DNA from: Octopus sinensis | Lineage: Eukaryota | DNA length: 64,000 nt | Direction of reading: 5' to 3' | NCBI RefSeq assembly: GCF_006345805.1 | Contig: NC_043001.1 | Span: 22,754,001-22,818,000, forward strand | Shown here: positions 25,462 through 38,969 of the stretch, piece by piece | Position numbering within the stretch: position 1 is the first letter of the stretch | Layout: each line of letters begins with the position of its first letter | Position numbers and translations under genes: made by a program | Notes under the pieces: generated by a model | Told to the model about the DNA's origin: nothing | Databases searched by the model: none | The model's input: the letters and a program-made list of their open reading frames with translations, nothing else

Positions 25462-25494
<33 letters not shown>

Positions 25495-25499
<5 letters not shown>

Positions 25500-25708
25500 C
25501 TCTTTTACTCTTTTACTTGTTTCAGTCATTTGACTGCGGCCATGCTGGAGCACCGCCTTTAGTCGAGCAAATCGACCCCAGGACTTATTCTTTGTAAGCC
25601 CAGTACTTATTCTATCGGTCTCTTTTGCCGAACCGCTAAGTTACGGGGACGTAAACACACCAGCATCGGTTGTCAAGCAATGCTAGGGGGACAAACACAG
25701 ACACACAA

Positions 25709-25745
<37 letters not shown>

Positions 25746-25902
25746 CGACAGGCTTCTTTCAGTTTCCGTCTAGCAAATCCACTCACAAGGCATTGGTCGG
25801 TCCGGGGCCATAGTAGAAGACACTTGCCCAAGATGCCACGCAGTGGGACTGAACCCGGAACCATGTGGTTGGTTAGCAAGCCACACAGCCACTCCTGCGC
25901 CT
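25495..25902 (-). mobile_element. SINE family B
   Basis: Family match. Confidence 0.9.
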
Positions 25903-26380
25903 ATGTATGAATATTTATTTATCGAATAGATATGGATAATATATCCAGGCGGGTACCACCCAAGCACTCAATTATAATGCAAGTAATGGTTAATCGCATC
26001 GAGTGGTAAGGAACACATAGGATTAATTGAGGCAAGCAATTCTAATGTATTTCATCCAATGGTTAAGTCATGGGTTCGCTTTGTTGGATTATAAATAGCT
26101 TACCAAGTGTATAACCAAGACAAGAACAATGAATACAAAGAATAATACACCCGCACATTTCTTTTTTATTTTTACTGTTAACTCTACAGCATATTTCATC
26201 AAATCTGTTCAACATATGTTTCTACTGCATAGTCGTCGCGCAGTTGCATTTGCACCCATTTTCATTCATCTGGTTAAGAAATTATGCAGTTTTGTTCACG
26301 GTGGTTTGAAGCAACTGCGAGATGTCTATATAGCAGAAAAATACGAGGTGGTATCAAAAAGTTTCCCAGACTAGTTCTGT

Positions 26381-26685
26381 AGTTGTTTGTTCCTTCTCGA
26401 GCCATGCCTGGCTCATAAGGGCCGGTTTCCCGGTTTCTTGGCGTATAGGTTCCCCCACCTGGACGGGACGCCGGTCCGTTGCAGGTGAGCTGCAAGATGC
26501 AGGAGGAAAGAGTGAGAGAAAGTTGTGGCGAAAGAGTCAGCAGAAGTTCGTCATTACCTTCTGCCGGATCCGCGTGGAGCTTTGGTGTTTCGCTCATAAA
26601 CATACACATCGCCCGGTCTGAGATTCGAACCCGCGATCCCTCGACCGCGAGTCCGCTGCTCTAACCACTGGGCCATGTGCCTCCA
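26381..26685 (-). mobile_element. SINE family C head/core with a V-type tail
   Basis: Family C head; tail CCGGCGTCCCGTCCAGG...AAACCGGGAAACCGGCCC. Confidence 0.8.
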
Positions 26686-26696
26686 TACAAAATAAA

Positions 26697-26944
26697 TGTG
26701 CCCTTTTAAAGCTTAGCCAGGCTCATGGGCCCATTTTCCGGGTTTCTATGGCGTATGTGTTCCTCATCTGGACGGGACGCCAGTCCATCGCAGCGTTACT
26801 CATTTTAGCCAGCTGAGTGGACTGGAGCAACGTGAAATGAAGTGTTTTGCTCGAGAACACAACGCGTCGCCCGGTCCAGTAATCGAAACTACAATCTTAC
26901 GATCAGTGTGCTGAAACCCTAACCACTAAGCCACGCGCCTCCAC
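26697..26944 (-). mobile_element. SINE family D (V-domain-like core) with a V-type tail
   Basis: GTTGCTCCAGTCCACTCAGCTGGCTAAAATGAGTA core and GCGATGGACTGGCGTCCCGTCCAG tail. Confidence 0.8.
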
Positions 26945-27303
26945 GACCAGTTCTGTTGCGCGGCAACAGACAACGGTACACGGTTGCATGCGCAGTAAGA
27001 GATAACAGTGACCTTCATGAAGCAGTGTGCCGAGTGACGTTTCTGTGTTTACTTCGCAAGTTGTGAAATTTGTGTTTTTGTTATCACATGTCTAGTAGAC
27101 TGCGATTTTGTCATGGACAGGAACAAAGAGCCAATGTGAAATTTTTTCGGTAAACTTGGGAAGTCTGCTACAGAGACATTGAGCAGAAATCTTTAGTTAA
27201 ATATATTCAACGAGAATATTATATACTGAATTTATATTGAGTGCTCTATTGTATCAAAGTATTAATACTATTAAAGTATTTATATATTTAATACGAGCGA
27301 TTA

Positions 27304-27375
<72 letters not shown>

Positions 27376-27389
27376 CATCTATCTATCTA

Positions 27390-27461
<72 letters not shown>

Positions 27462-28112
27462 CACGTGACCACGCGATTTTTTTTTTGTTTTTGATAATAT
27501 ATTATTATTAATATTAGGAAATCAATATCAAAATTCCTCAGAAAAATATACACGTATACAGACATTGAGCATACTTCGGCAGGCTTACGGTGACGGAGGT
27601 AAGGGGTCACACGCAATGTTTTAAGCGACATGGGAGCTTCAAAAGCGGAAGAACATCTCTGGAAGATGATGAGTGATCTGGAAGACCCGCCAAGAGCATC
27701 ACTTCCGGAAATGTGGTATTGTGCATCGAGAGTTCGTCCCCTGGGGCCAGACTGTCAATCGAGAGTTCTACTGGGAGGTTTTGAAGTGTTTGAGGGAGGA
27801 TATTCGGCGAAAGCGACCAGATCTGTGGTGTACGAAGAATTGGATTCTTCACCGAGATCTCCCCACTCGTGAGTTTCTCGCCCAAAACAACAAGGTATCA
27901 CTTCCGCACTCGCTCTATTCGCCAGATTTTGAACTTGTGGACTTCCATCTCTTCCTTATGATGAAAATGCAGCTAAAAGGTCGCCGTTTTAACACCGTTG
28001 TCGAGATCCAGATCGAATCGCAGAAGGTCCTCGACTCGCTTACAGTAGTTTGGGTATGAAATACAAAATATGTTTTTATGTATATATGTATACATGCAAA
28101 ACGAGAGAAAGC

Positions 28113-28533
28113 TAAAGGCGGCGAGCTGGGAGAAACGTTTGCACGCCGGGCGAAATGCTTTGCAGTATTTCGCCCGTCGTTACGTTCTGAGTTCAAATTC
28201 CGCCGAGGTCGACTTTGCCTTTCATCCTTTCGGGGTCGATTAAATAAGTACCAGTTACACACTGGGGTCGATATAATCGACTTAATCTGTCTGTCTGTCC
28301 TTGTTTGTCCTCTCTGTGTTTAGCCCCTTGTGGGTAGTAAAGAAATAGGTATTTCGTCTGTCGTTACGTTCTGAGTTCAAATTCCGCCGAGGTCGACTTT
28401 GCCTTTCATCCTTTCGGGGTCGATTAAATAAGTACCAGTTACGCACTGAGGTCAATATAATCGACTTAATCCGTTTGTCTGTCCTTGTTTGTCCCCTCTG
28501 TGTGTAGCCCCTTGTGGGCAGTAAAGAAATAAA
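28113..28533 (+). mobile_element. SINE family A dimer
   Basis: TSD AAAGCTAAAGG at 28108 and 28534; junction at 28347/28348. Confidence 0.9.
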
Positions 28534-28964
28534 AAAGCTAAAGGAGGAGACTTTCAGATGATGAATTTTCAAGTATAAATATATAGATATTTATATTAAA
28601 AGGTCCAACTTACGCAGAGTACAAACGACAGAGAAAATTAAAGGAGCGGAAGAAAGGTATTATAATCCCAACTGCAGTTTCTGGTGGCTCGGAGATCTAT
28701 AATAATGTTGGTAAATATATTTCATCACAATAAGCAGGTAATGGATGCAAATTAAAATTGGATAAGGCGAGTCTCCGTCATCAGGGTTGAGAGGATCTTA
28801 CATTTCAGATCTTAACGCTGAGAAGTAGCTATTTCTCAATTAAAAACAATCATTGTGCTTATCTATCGAGTAAAACTGAGTGGGATATAACTGACAGATT
28901 CCTAACAAAGGGTCAGTTCGTTTCGCTGTGGTAAAAGGGGTATTCCACACCTATGTAAAAAGCA

Positions 28965-29100
28965 TATAAAAGGCATGAGTAGCTGCAGTTTTCTGCCTTC
29001 CACTTCCCACGTGAAATACTAGGCGTGTATATGACTCGGAGTTTCATTTGCACGAGCGTACGTGTGCTTGTGTCTTATTGATCTGTTATCCGCAGTAAGT
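28965..29100 (+). promoter_or_regulatory. Possible TATA promoter with short first exon and GTAAGT donor
   Basis: GCATATAAAAGG at 28962-28973; donor GCA|GTAAGT at 29095-29100; motif evidence only. Confidence 0.2.
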
Positions 29101-29523
29101 GGAACCGCTGTCACTATTGGTAATTAGAAAGCTTCATTTGGACGAGCTAGGTCACGTGATGAATATTATTCATGTGTGTCTCTGCAAAGTGCCATAGGAG
29201 TATGACTTGTTACCTCGTCCAGATGAACTTTTGTTCACAAATGTGTTGGCACTTCAATAGTTGCTGTCCCAGCAATAGCTTCGAAATTGTGCTAGACTTA
29301 ACTCTACGCTTCAACCCCCACCTCGAGGTTGATTAAATCAACTGTACTCCAATATATTAAAGCAATGTTTAAATGAATAGTTTAATAACAAGCTCATTGG
29401 TAATTTTCCTGCATATATTATTGTAAATGTATCGTACATTTATGAGTACACAAGGTTTCAAAACTGCTCCGTACATTTATGAATAGGCAAGATTTCTAAA
29501 ACAGCTCTGTAAGTTTATGAATG

Positions 29524-30036
29524 CCGTAAATCCTCGTGTATAATCCGCAATTTTTCCCAAAATTTAAAGGTCAAGATCCCTATGGCGTTCTATATACGAG
29601 GTTAGAAATGAAAAATATTTTTTAAGCAATGTCCGAGTCTCTATTTGCTGTCCGGCAATGTTTATTCAGACGCATTTTGTGATGTAGGGCGCGAAAATAC
29701 TTTAAGCTAAGCCTGAAAGCAATGAAGTCATAAAAGAATCATCCATAACTTGCAGTAAGCAACATTTATCAAACATTATTACTGTTATTTCTTTATTTTC
29801 TGCAAACAAAATACACAAAGAAGCTTCACGTTTGCATTATGTTATATATACAATAATAATAAAGGACGTTACCGTATACAGTTTTACAAACCAAGGACGT
29901 TATATAGACCTCCTTGACTCAAGTTAGAGAAGGGATGCGTATTATACACAAGGTTTAGGTTTTTCAGAGGTACAGCCCCCTAAAAATCCCCTACGTATTA
30001 TACTCAAGGGCGGACTATACTCGAGGATTTACGGTA
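29524..30036. mobile_element. Tc1/pogo-type MITE, same family as 3564-4088
   Basis: TIRs CCGTAAATCCTCG / CGAGGATTTACGG; internal homology in inverted orientation. Confidence 0.8.
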
Positions 30037-30685
30037 GGTAAAGTTTTAAAACTGCTCTGTACATTTATGATTAGACAAGGTTTTAAAACAACTCTGTTAA
30101 CTACCACTTAAATTCAAATATTTCATTTGTCAGTGAGAAATGATAAAAACGAAAATCATAGACTTCCAAAAACGGTTTTCCTGAAAACTGATCCTATCAT
30201 CAGGCGTGTAATTTGATTGATAGTAATTATCATAAGGTTATGTTAGTTCTCAAAGTGTCATTTATATAATTAAATTAAGTAAAGTATCTGTATCTTTTGT
30301 TAGTACTAATTAATATGCAATTCATTGGTAAAGTGTGTTGCGCGTGTGAGTGTGTGCGTAATTGAATTCTTAGTTTTATTTCTTTTTACTAATGGGTAAT
30401 TATTTTGTCTATTAACGTTAACTCTATGTTTACATACGCCATTTTTTTTTCTTTTCGTTTAAGCTTTAGGTATTTACGCTGAAGCTGTTTCTCGTGACAC
30501 AATCTTACCGTTTTCTTCCCCGCAGTTGCTCATCTTGCAAACGATTAATTTACAACTGTAGCTGTATCTCATTAACGTCGAAACAAGATAAAACTGCAGT
30601 TTTGACACGAACTTTACTTTCAATATTTGCTGCCCACTTAACACAAAACATTAATCACATGACACCATTTCACTTTTTCTCAAAA

Positions 30686-31076
30686 CTAGCAGTATCGCCC
30701 GGCGTTGCTCGGGTTTGTTTCGACCCTTTAGAATTGGAATCTTTGAAAAGTAAAAAATTTGCATTATGTAGCTTGTTATTCTCTTTAAGTGAACATTTTT
30801 CTGGTTGAAATACAACGAAAAATGGCGATACAGCAGTCAAAAAATCATAAAAAATAGAGATTTTCATAGAAAAAAAATCACCTTTTTGATGTGAATAATG
30901 TTTGGTGTTAACATGGTCCGATTTGAATTTTATCTTCTACGGAATGAAGAGCAAGCCTTCTTCTATCATACTCTCAATTTTGGTCAACTTGCGCCGCAGG
31001 GTCTCGGAGGAGATAGTGTTAGTTGAAGGCTACCAAACCTGCCATACACAGACAACTTCAGCTTTATATATAGAGA
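30686..31076 (-). mobile_element. Non-autonomous Helitron
   Basis: A|TCTCTATATATAAAGC 5' end; 3' hairpin CCCGAGCAACGCCGGG then CTAG|T. Confidence 0.85.
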
Positions 31077-31384
31077 TTTGCCATGGTCGTTTATTTCTAT
31101 CTTATTCTTTTAAAAAACACTTTATATCACCTCTCACCAAAAGATCAACGCCTCAAACCAGAGAAATCAACGCCAGCAACTGTAGTAAAACTACAACTTA
31201 AGAATAAACAGAATAAAACAAAGTTCAATAAAATTCTCATTAGTATTACTTGGTATTTACATTCTCCTTGTATCTTCACATTATTTCATGGAGCGCTACT
31301 TGTATTAAGAAATATTTTTGCTCTTAGAAGAAATAAACTGACAATAAAGTTGATTTTAGTTTCTGCTTCTTATATACTCTTTAC

Positions 31385-31605
31385 TCTCCTTTACTTGTTT
31401 CAGTCATTTGACTGCGACCATGCTGGAGCACCGCCTTTAGTCGAGCAAATCGACCCCAGGACTTATTCTTTGGAAGCCTAGTACTTATTCTATCGGTCTC
31501 TTTTGCCGAACCGCTAAATGACGGGGATGTAAATACACCAGCATCGGTTGGCAAGCGATGTTCGTGGGGGGGACAAACGTAAACGCATAAACACAAACAC
31601 ACACA

Positions 31606-31645
<40 letters not shown>

Positions 31646-31810
31646 TACGACGGGCTTCTTTTCGGTTTCCGTCTACCAAATCCACTCACAAGGCTTTGGT
31701 CAGTCCGAGGCTATAGTAGAAGACACTTGTCCAAGGTGCCAAGCAGTGGGACTGAACCCGGAATCATGTGGTTGGTAAGCAAGCTACTTACCACACAGCC
31801 ACTCCTACGC
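31385..31810 (-). mobile_element. SINE family B
   Basis: Family match. Confidence 0.9.
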
Positions 31811-32909
31811 CTGTTCATAATTTTTCTCAATCTCTGGAGAAATAGGTGAATTTGCCACGTTTGTATGCTTACTACGTAGGTTTATCCTCTTTTACTTATC
31901 TCAGTCATTGCATAAAAGTTTTCTTTGTGTCTTGTACAAACATAAAACCACTTGTGTAAGGTAGAAGAAAAGGTGTCAGACTAATACTTTTGCAGTGTTT
32001 TGTTTCACCTGTTTGTATTCTATATTTCAATTCCAATTGAGTCCATAAAATAAGAACCAGCAATATGTTACGTTTCCTATAAATTATAATGTTTTTTAAA
32101 TCCACAAAACTTTAAAAGGATATTAAATCGGCCCAAAATACTCAACCGGTACTTTATCTAATCGAACTTGGAAGAATGACAGACATACTTGATCTCAGCT
32201 GGATTTGAATTCACAAAGTCAAAGGTGGAGACCAAATATTCGCAAGACATTTTGCCCGATGCTTTAATGATTGTGTGCTGGCAAAAATGCTCAAATAAAA
32301 ATATTTGTATTAATCAATACATAGTACCAAGTGAGTGCAAATCCTGCCGAAGTAATCTTTGCCTTCCACCCTTTTGACAAAATAAATTATTATTCAAATA
32401 CATGGGTTGACATAATCTGTTAGCTACCACGCTGACCTTGCGGCTAAATCAAAAACAATTTAGATTACCAACGTTACATTCTTAGTAACCCAAGATTGCA
32501 ATTTGAAACCATTTCTCTTAACTTCAGACATAAACTCTATTAAGAAAGATTGAAACATCACACTTTTGCTTCTCTTAAAACTGTTAGTCTTTCTGCTTAG
32601 TCAAAATGAAATACTCATACACCACATACCCACATGCACACATGCACACATAAACACACACACACACACACACGCACACACACACACACACGTACACACA
32701 CACACACGCACACACACACACACACCACACACACACACGCACACACACACACACGGAAACACACACACGGAAACACACACACGGAAACACACACACGGAA
32801 CACACACACTCACACACATATAAGCATCGTAAAGTAAAATGCAAGCTTCGCAGAAGGCTAGTTTATACTCGATTTCAATACCTCTTTAGCAATATAAGAT
32901 TTCACTTAC

Positions 32910-32951
32910 ATTGTTAATGCCATTGGTGGGTGTTACAAACACCATGTATCG
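32910..32951 (-). CDS. Candidate 42-nt exon, RYMVFVTPTNGINN (only phase 0 is open)
   Basis: Branch-like TACTAAT about 20 nt upstream, acceptor AATTCCTTACAG and donor AAT|GTAAGT. Confidence 0.45.
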
Positions 32952-34104
32952 CTGTAAGGAATTAATATTTGGATTAGTACTTCATTACAAATGTTTGGCA
33001 AGAGTTAAGAAATGAAAAAACTTTAACTTCAACGAAAGCATTGGTATAATTTAAACAAACCACAAACCCTTTCTCGTTTGTTCGTGTATCTTTTCATTTA
33101 TGTTTCAATGTTTCTTCAGTTAAATGAAAGTCTTGGCATACACCCAAGAGTAATGTCGTAGTAGAAAATTCCTATTTCTTACGAAAAGGTCAAATCGATG
33201 CTACGATAGAATATGCATTTCACAATGATATGCTCTTGTTAATCTGCTGTCGTTTGATCAATTAAAAGGCAAAACAACACGAACTTTGTGTTAGAAATAA
33301 GACAATTTTCTCCGTAGTTACTTTCGTGTGTGACCCTTTTTTATCCTTGTATTTATGTTGAAGCACACAGCCTTTGTTTTAATTCATTTTGAAAATAATG
33401 AAGAACTTATTGAAATAATATTGTTCATATTGAACTGGAGTTTGAAGATCGTTTACTATGGAATCTTAATGGAAAATTTAAATTTTAACCCTTTTCATGT
33501 GTAACTCTTTTGTGACCGTATTTCTGTTTTTGATTCAATTAATTTCAAAATTAATGAAGAAATTATTAAAATAACTTTTTTATATAGCTGTGTTGGGAAT
33601 ATAACTTAATATGAAATTTTGATTGAAGATGATAATTAAAATTTCTTTTAAACAGAGAATTTGTATCATATAGCTTGGTGCGGTCCCAGGCGGGATGGGA
33701 GCATTTCAGAGAATGCCAGATATGAAATTCAAATAAAGTATCATCTGTAGAATCGTTACTCCAGACTTTGGTAGGATGATGATTCTTCGGGTAGGATACC
33801 CTGAGGGTGATGACTCTTGGAATGGCACCACCTGAAGTGGCAATTTTTCAGGTCGGGTCAGAGAGAAGGCAGAACATTGGTTTATTTCACTGACTCACCA
33901 CCACCATCCTTACTACCACAAATATTAAACCCGCCACCTTCATTATCACTGTTATTATTATTATCTTTATCACCCTCATCACCACTGGCAGACACCAAAA
34001 CCACTAGAAATCCTTATTTATTGTCATCATTATCTTAGGCACAACATTGGTGCACATCCAATCAATACCTGCCCCACTACCATCACCACCACGCCACGAC
34101 GACA

Positions 34105-34325
34105 ACCGCCGTAGCGAGCTGAAAGATTTGTTGGCACTCCTGGTAAAATGCTTAGCGGCATATCCTCCGCTTTTACATTCTGAGTTCTAATTCCGCCGAG
34201 GTCGACTTTGCCTTTCATCCATTCGGGGTCGATAAAATAAGTACCAGTTGAGCACAGAGGTCAATGTAATCAGTTTAACCCCTGCCTCATAATTGCTGGC
34301 CTTGTGCCAAAATGTGAAACCAATA
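34105..34325 (+). mobile_element. SINE family A variant with the alternative tail (AATTGCTGGCCTTGTGCCAAAA)
   Basis: Family A head and core with a second tail type. Confidence 0.75.
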
Positions 34326-34544
34326 TTAAAATAGGAAGAAAAACGTAATATTTTACTGAATATATTCCTGTTCTACAGTAGGCGTAAGGTCTGACATTTT
34401 TGGGAAGGACGTTGATTGATTACATCGACCCCAGTGTGCAACTGATACTTATTTAATCGACCCCGAAAGGCGGAAAGGCATAGTTGACCTCAGCGGAATT
34501 TGAACTCAGTTTTACAGAATACAGTTACAATACATACTCTCTTT

Positions 34545-34761
34545 TTCTTTTACTCTCTTTTACTTGTTTCAGTCATGTGACTGTGGCCATGCTGGAGCAC
34601 CGCCTTTAGTCGAGCAAATCGACCGCAGGACTTATTCTTTGGAAACCTAGTACTTATTCTATCGGTCTCTTTTGCCGAACCGCTAAGTTACGGGGACGTA
34701 AACACATCAGCATCGATTGTCAAGCGATGTTGGGGGTAGAAACACAGACACACAAACACAT

Positions 34762-34829
<68 letters not shown>

Positions 34830-35002
34830 TCAGATATATACGACAGGCGTCTTTCAGTTTCCGTCTACAAAATCCACTCACAAGGCTTTGGTCGGCCCGA
34901 GGCTATAGTAGAAGACACTTGCCCAAGGTGCCACGCAGTGGGACTGAACCTGGAACCATGTGGTTCGTAAGCAAGCTACTTACCACACACCCACTCCTAC
35001 GC
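34545..35002 (-). mobile_element. SINE family B
   Basis: Family match. Confidence 0.9.
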
Positions 35003-35148
35003 CATATAAACAGTTGCAATTCATGTACCGGACATAATAGTACTCAGTAACTGAAAATCTATAAGATTATTTCTTTGATTGATTTTAGTTTTATACATGA
35101 AGAACCCTGGTGCTGGTTTAATTTGCACGAGGTTTTTAATTTTGAACG

Positions 35149-35361
35149 TACGAGGGGGTGATGAAAAGTTCCTGACTTCAAGGGTGTCGCGAAAGGCCTG
35201 GTTAGAGGCTCAGCATTCCAAGCTCTTTTACAGGGCTTAGAAAAACTTAAGAACTGCTGTGCTGCAATATGAGCGGAGAATATGTTGAATAAAGTCATAA
35301 TTAACTGATCCTCCTGTATTTTCATTTACCCAAAGCCAGGAACTTTTCAGCACCTTTCGTA
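35149..35361. mobile_element. Mariner-derived MITE
   Basis: TIRs CGAGGGGGTGATGAAAAGTTCCTGAC / GCCAGGAACTTTTCAGCACCTTTCG with TA TSD; TIR related to the element at 38970. Confidence 0.8.
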
Positions 35362-35490
35362 TAAAGACAGTGTCTGGCTGAAATTGTAATATGTCCTCGA
35401 AGCTTACATAACAACAGATGGAAACTATAGAACGGAACTGAGTATATTGACCGATGTTTGAACAAAAAAAATTGAAGAGAATAAAAAAGA

Positions 35491-35561
<71 letters not shown>

Positions 35562-35846
35562 AAGAAGGTGGGGATAGGGCAGGGAAGTGAGAGAGAGAGA
35601 TAGTGAGAGGGAAAACAATCGGTTGTTGTCAGTCTAACCATCTGTGATCACAAAATATCTGGCAGGGCAATGCCACAGATACTTAACACTTAGTCGAAGC
35701 TATCAATAAATGGAGTTTCTGCTGCAAATTTGGCAACGTTCAACCGAGAATCTTCTCTCATGAAAGCAAGTAGCAGATTGTTTTGTCGACGCCCATCATT
35801 CCATAGCCTTGATGTCAGTATCATTTAATTTAAACACTCTGCTTAC

Positions 35847-35879
35847 ATTATTTGGCGATGTAAAAAAATTCTTATACTC
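35847..35879 (-). CDS. Candidate 33-nt exon, EYKNFFTSPNN in phase 0
   Basis: Acceptor AGTTTTTAG (weak to moderate) and donor AAT|GTAAGC. Confidence 0.2.
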
Positions 35880-36087
35880 CTAAAAACTATTATCTTCCTA
35901 TTAATATATTTCGGCAGTTACGAGAATAAGGATAACAAAAGGGAAAACAGAACAAACAGGTTTTTAAAGATTATTGTTGCTTCATGCATTGATTAGGGAT
36001 TGATTAGCACTAAATAAGTTTGTTGGCTTTCAATCCCAACCCAAGCACACACACATGCATTTGTATGTAAATGTATGTGTGTGTGAG

Positions 36088-36119
<32 letters not shown>

Positions 36120-36124
36120 TTCTT

Positions 36125-36334
36125 ATTACCCACAAGGGGCTAAACATAGAGGGGACAAACGAATTAAGTCGATTACAACGACCCCAGTGCGTAACTGGTA
36201 CTTAATTTATCGACCCCGAAAGGATGAAAGGCAAAGTCGACCTCGGCGGAATTTGAACTCAGAACGCAGCGGCGGACGAAATACCGCAAAGCATTTCGCC
36301 CGGCGTGCTAACGATTCTGCCAGCTCGCCGCCTT
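36125..36334 (-). mobile_element. SINE family A
   Basis: Family match. Confidence 0.9.
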
Positions 36335-36351
36335 AATATATATATATATAT

Positions 36352-36518
36352 AGGCGCAGGAGTGGCTGTGTGGTAAGTAGCTTGCTAACCAACCACATGG
36401 TTCCGGGTTCAGTCCCACTGCGTGGCATCTTGGGCAAGTGTCTTCTGCTATAGCCCCGGACCGACCAATGCCTTGTGAGTGGATTTGGTAGACGGAAACT
36501 GAAAGAAGCCTGTCGTAC

Positions 36519-36552
<34 letters not shown>

Positions 36553-36770
36553 TTGTGTGTCTGTGTTTGTTCCCCCTAGCATTGCTTGACAACCGATGCT
36601 GGTGTGTTTACGTACCCGTCACTTAGCGGTTCGGCAAAACAGACCGATAGAATGAGTACTGGGCTTACAAAGAATAAGTCCTGGGGTCGATTTGCTCGAT
36701 TAAAGGCGGTGCTCCAGCATGGCCGCAGTCAAATGACTGAAACAAGTAAAAGAGTAAAAGAGTAAAAGAG
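36352..36770 (+). mobile_element. SINE family B
   Basis: Family match; head-to-head with the family A copy across a (TA)n tract. Confidence 0.9.
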
Positions 36771-37024
36771 AGTATATGCTTATCAATATAGGATTTCCTT
36801 ATAGGGACAATTCTTCTGTGAAACGATCGTAAGATGCTTTAAATAATTAATTCAAAACTTTTAAACTATCAAATACATTTATATATTATATTTATACTTA
36901 TACATATTTACATATATTTTTATATATATTTACATTTATTTATTTATATATTTTTAATACAATAAGTATTTTCACACGGGTATATCTTTATGAGGAGTTT
37001 GGATATTAATTTCCATATATTAAA

Positions 37025-37390
37025 ATGTATGTATGTATGTATGTATGTATGTGTGTATGTGTGTGTATGTGTGTGTATGTATGTATGTATGTATGTATGT
37101 ATGTATGTATGTATGTATGTATGTATGTATGTATATACGTATGTATGTATGTATGTGCTTGTATATGCGTGTATATAAGTATGTGTATATATACGTGTGA
37201 GTATATATTTGTGTGCGTATGTAAGTGTGTATATGTGTGTGTATATTTATTTGTGTGTATATGTTTATATGTATGTATGTATGTATGTATGTGTATATGT
37301 ATGTTTTAGCATGTATATGTATGTTTCAGTATGTATATGTATGTATATGAACGCATGTAATCGTGTATGTATGTATGTGTGCATGTATGT
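37025..37390. repeat. Degenerate (TATG)n microsatellite
   Basis: Direct reading. Confidence 0.9.
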
Positions 37391-38039
37391 TACTTGGGGC
37401 TAAACCACTTGAAACATTCAAAAGGAAAGAAAAAGAATGAAGCAAAGAGTCCCAAACGTTTTCCCATCAGTACAGATTAGTGGTCGATCAATGCAAATTA
37501 TTGTTTTCATATGATTATACGAAATTAACTTAGTTTACTTGAATTTTCATCAGAAAAATCAATACATCTATATGTAATTACTGTAATTCTAATAAGATTT
37601 GCTTTTATCGGTGAATAAAATGTGTTAAACTTTCAGACAAATTAACGATTTTTATAGCATTTTTCAAATCCTTTAATCAGGAGATAAGGCGGTGTTTCTT
37701 AAAATCGGAGACTGTCTGAATACTTCAAAAAGAATGATCTCCGTTAAAAGCATTTTCTGTATTAGTGTTAAATCGGTTTAAGTTTGCTGCTATAGTGGAA
37801 CATGAAGTAAGAATGCCAAAAACCCAAACACCGGTTCTACGTTTTTACACTTCTGCTAATCACCAGCCGGGATTGGAATTTTCTTATCGACCTCGAAAGG
37901 ATGAAAGAGAAAGCTGGCTTCCGTTAGACTTGAACTCAGAACGTAGAGAATCAAAATACTGTAAGACATTATATCTGCCACTCCTAACGACTCGTGTCAA
38001 ATCGCCACTTTAAGCTAGTTCGTCAAAAAATTTAATTAA

Positions 38040-38420
38040 GGAGTGGCTGTGTGGTTAAGTAGCTTGCTTACCAGCCACATGGTTCCGGGTTCAGTCCCAC
38101 TGCGTGGCACCTTGGGCAAGTGTCTTCTACTGTAGCCTCGGGCCGACCAAAGCCTTGTGAGTGGATTTGGTCGACGGAAACTGAAAGAAGCCCGTCGTAT
38201 ATATGTATATATATATATGTGTGTGTGTTTGTGTGTCTGTCCCCTCAACATCGCTTGACAACCGATGCTGGCGTGTTTGCGTCCCCGTAACTTAGCGGTT
38301 CGGCAAAAGAGACCGATAGAATAAGTACTGGGCTTAGAAAGAATAAGTCCCGGGGTCGATTTGATCGACTAAAGGCGGTGCTTCAGCATGGCCGCAGTCA
38401 AATGACTGAAACAAGTAAAA
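38040..38420 (+). mobile_element. SINE family B
   Basis: Family match. Confidence 0.9.
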
Positions 38421-38969
38421 ATTTAATTAATTCATCATACTAGCATTGCGATTTTTGAAGGCGGAGGCTCCAGTAAGGTCTGAACCATAATGACTAAAAC
38501 AAATTAAACAACTAGTTATAACTTCCTATACTGCGTTTTTTTCTTCAGATTAAGAGGTCTTTTACAGATGATACTGTTTCGAATTTATTGAGTTCATAAA
38601 TTTCACAAGAGCGTGGAGATTAAATACGAGATAAATAAGAATTTATCGCGGTTGTTATTCTACTACTATGTTCTAGATGTAGAACAAGTGTCAAATTCTT
38701 TTGGCTTTGTGGGCCGAATTGAAACATGATCAAGATCTTGCGAGCGGGTGAGGGACAATTATTCTTGAAAAACCCTATTCATAATGTAGGTGAAGATAAA
38801 TGGATAAAGGGGTTGATATACTTTATAACAATTTTATTAAGAATACAGAAACGAAAGAATATAAGGTGTTAGCAAAGTCTGTATGCAGAAATGTGTGAGA
38901 AAAAAACCTCTTCCACATGGAGTTCTTAGATTGAGAAGAACGGAAATAGAAATTGTCCAAATGAATGCA

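Larger units (their letters stand above)
26342..28045 (+). mobile_element. Decayed mariner transposon interrupted by two TSD-flanked insertions
   Basis: TA-CGAGGTGGTATCAAAAAGTTT terminus; FGKLGKSATETL N-terminus; GIVHREFVPWGQTVNREFYWEVLKCLREDIRRKRPDLW...HSLYSPDFELVDFHLF. Confidence 0.85.
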
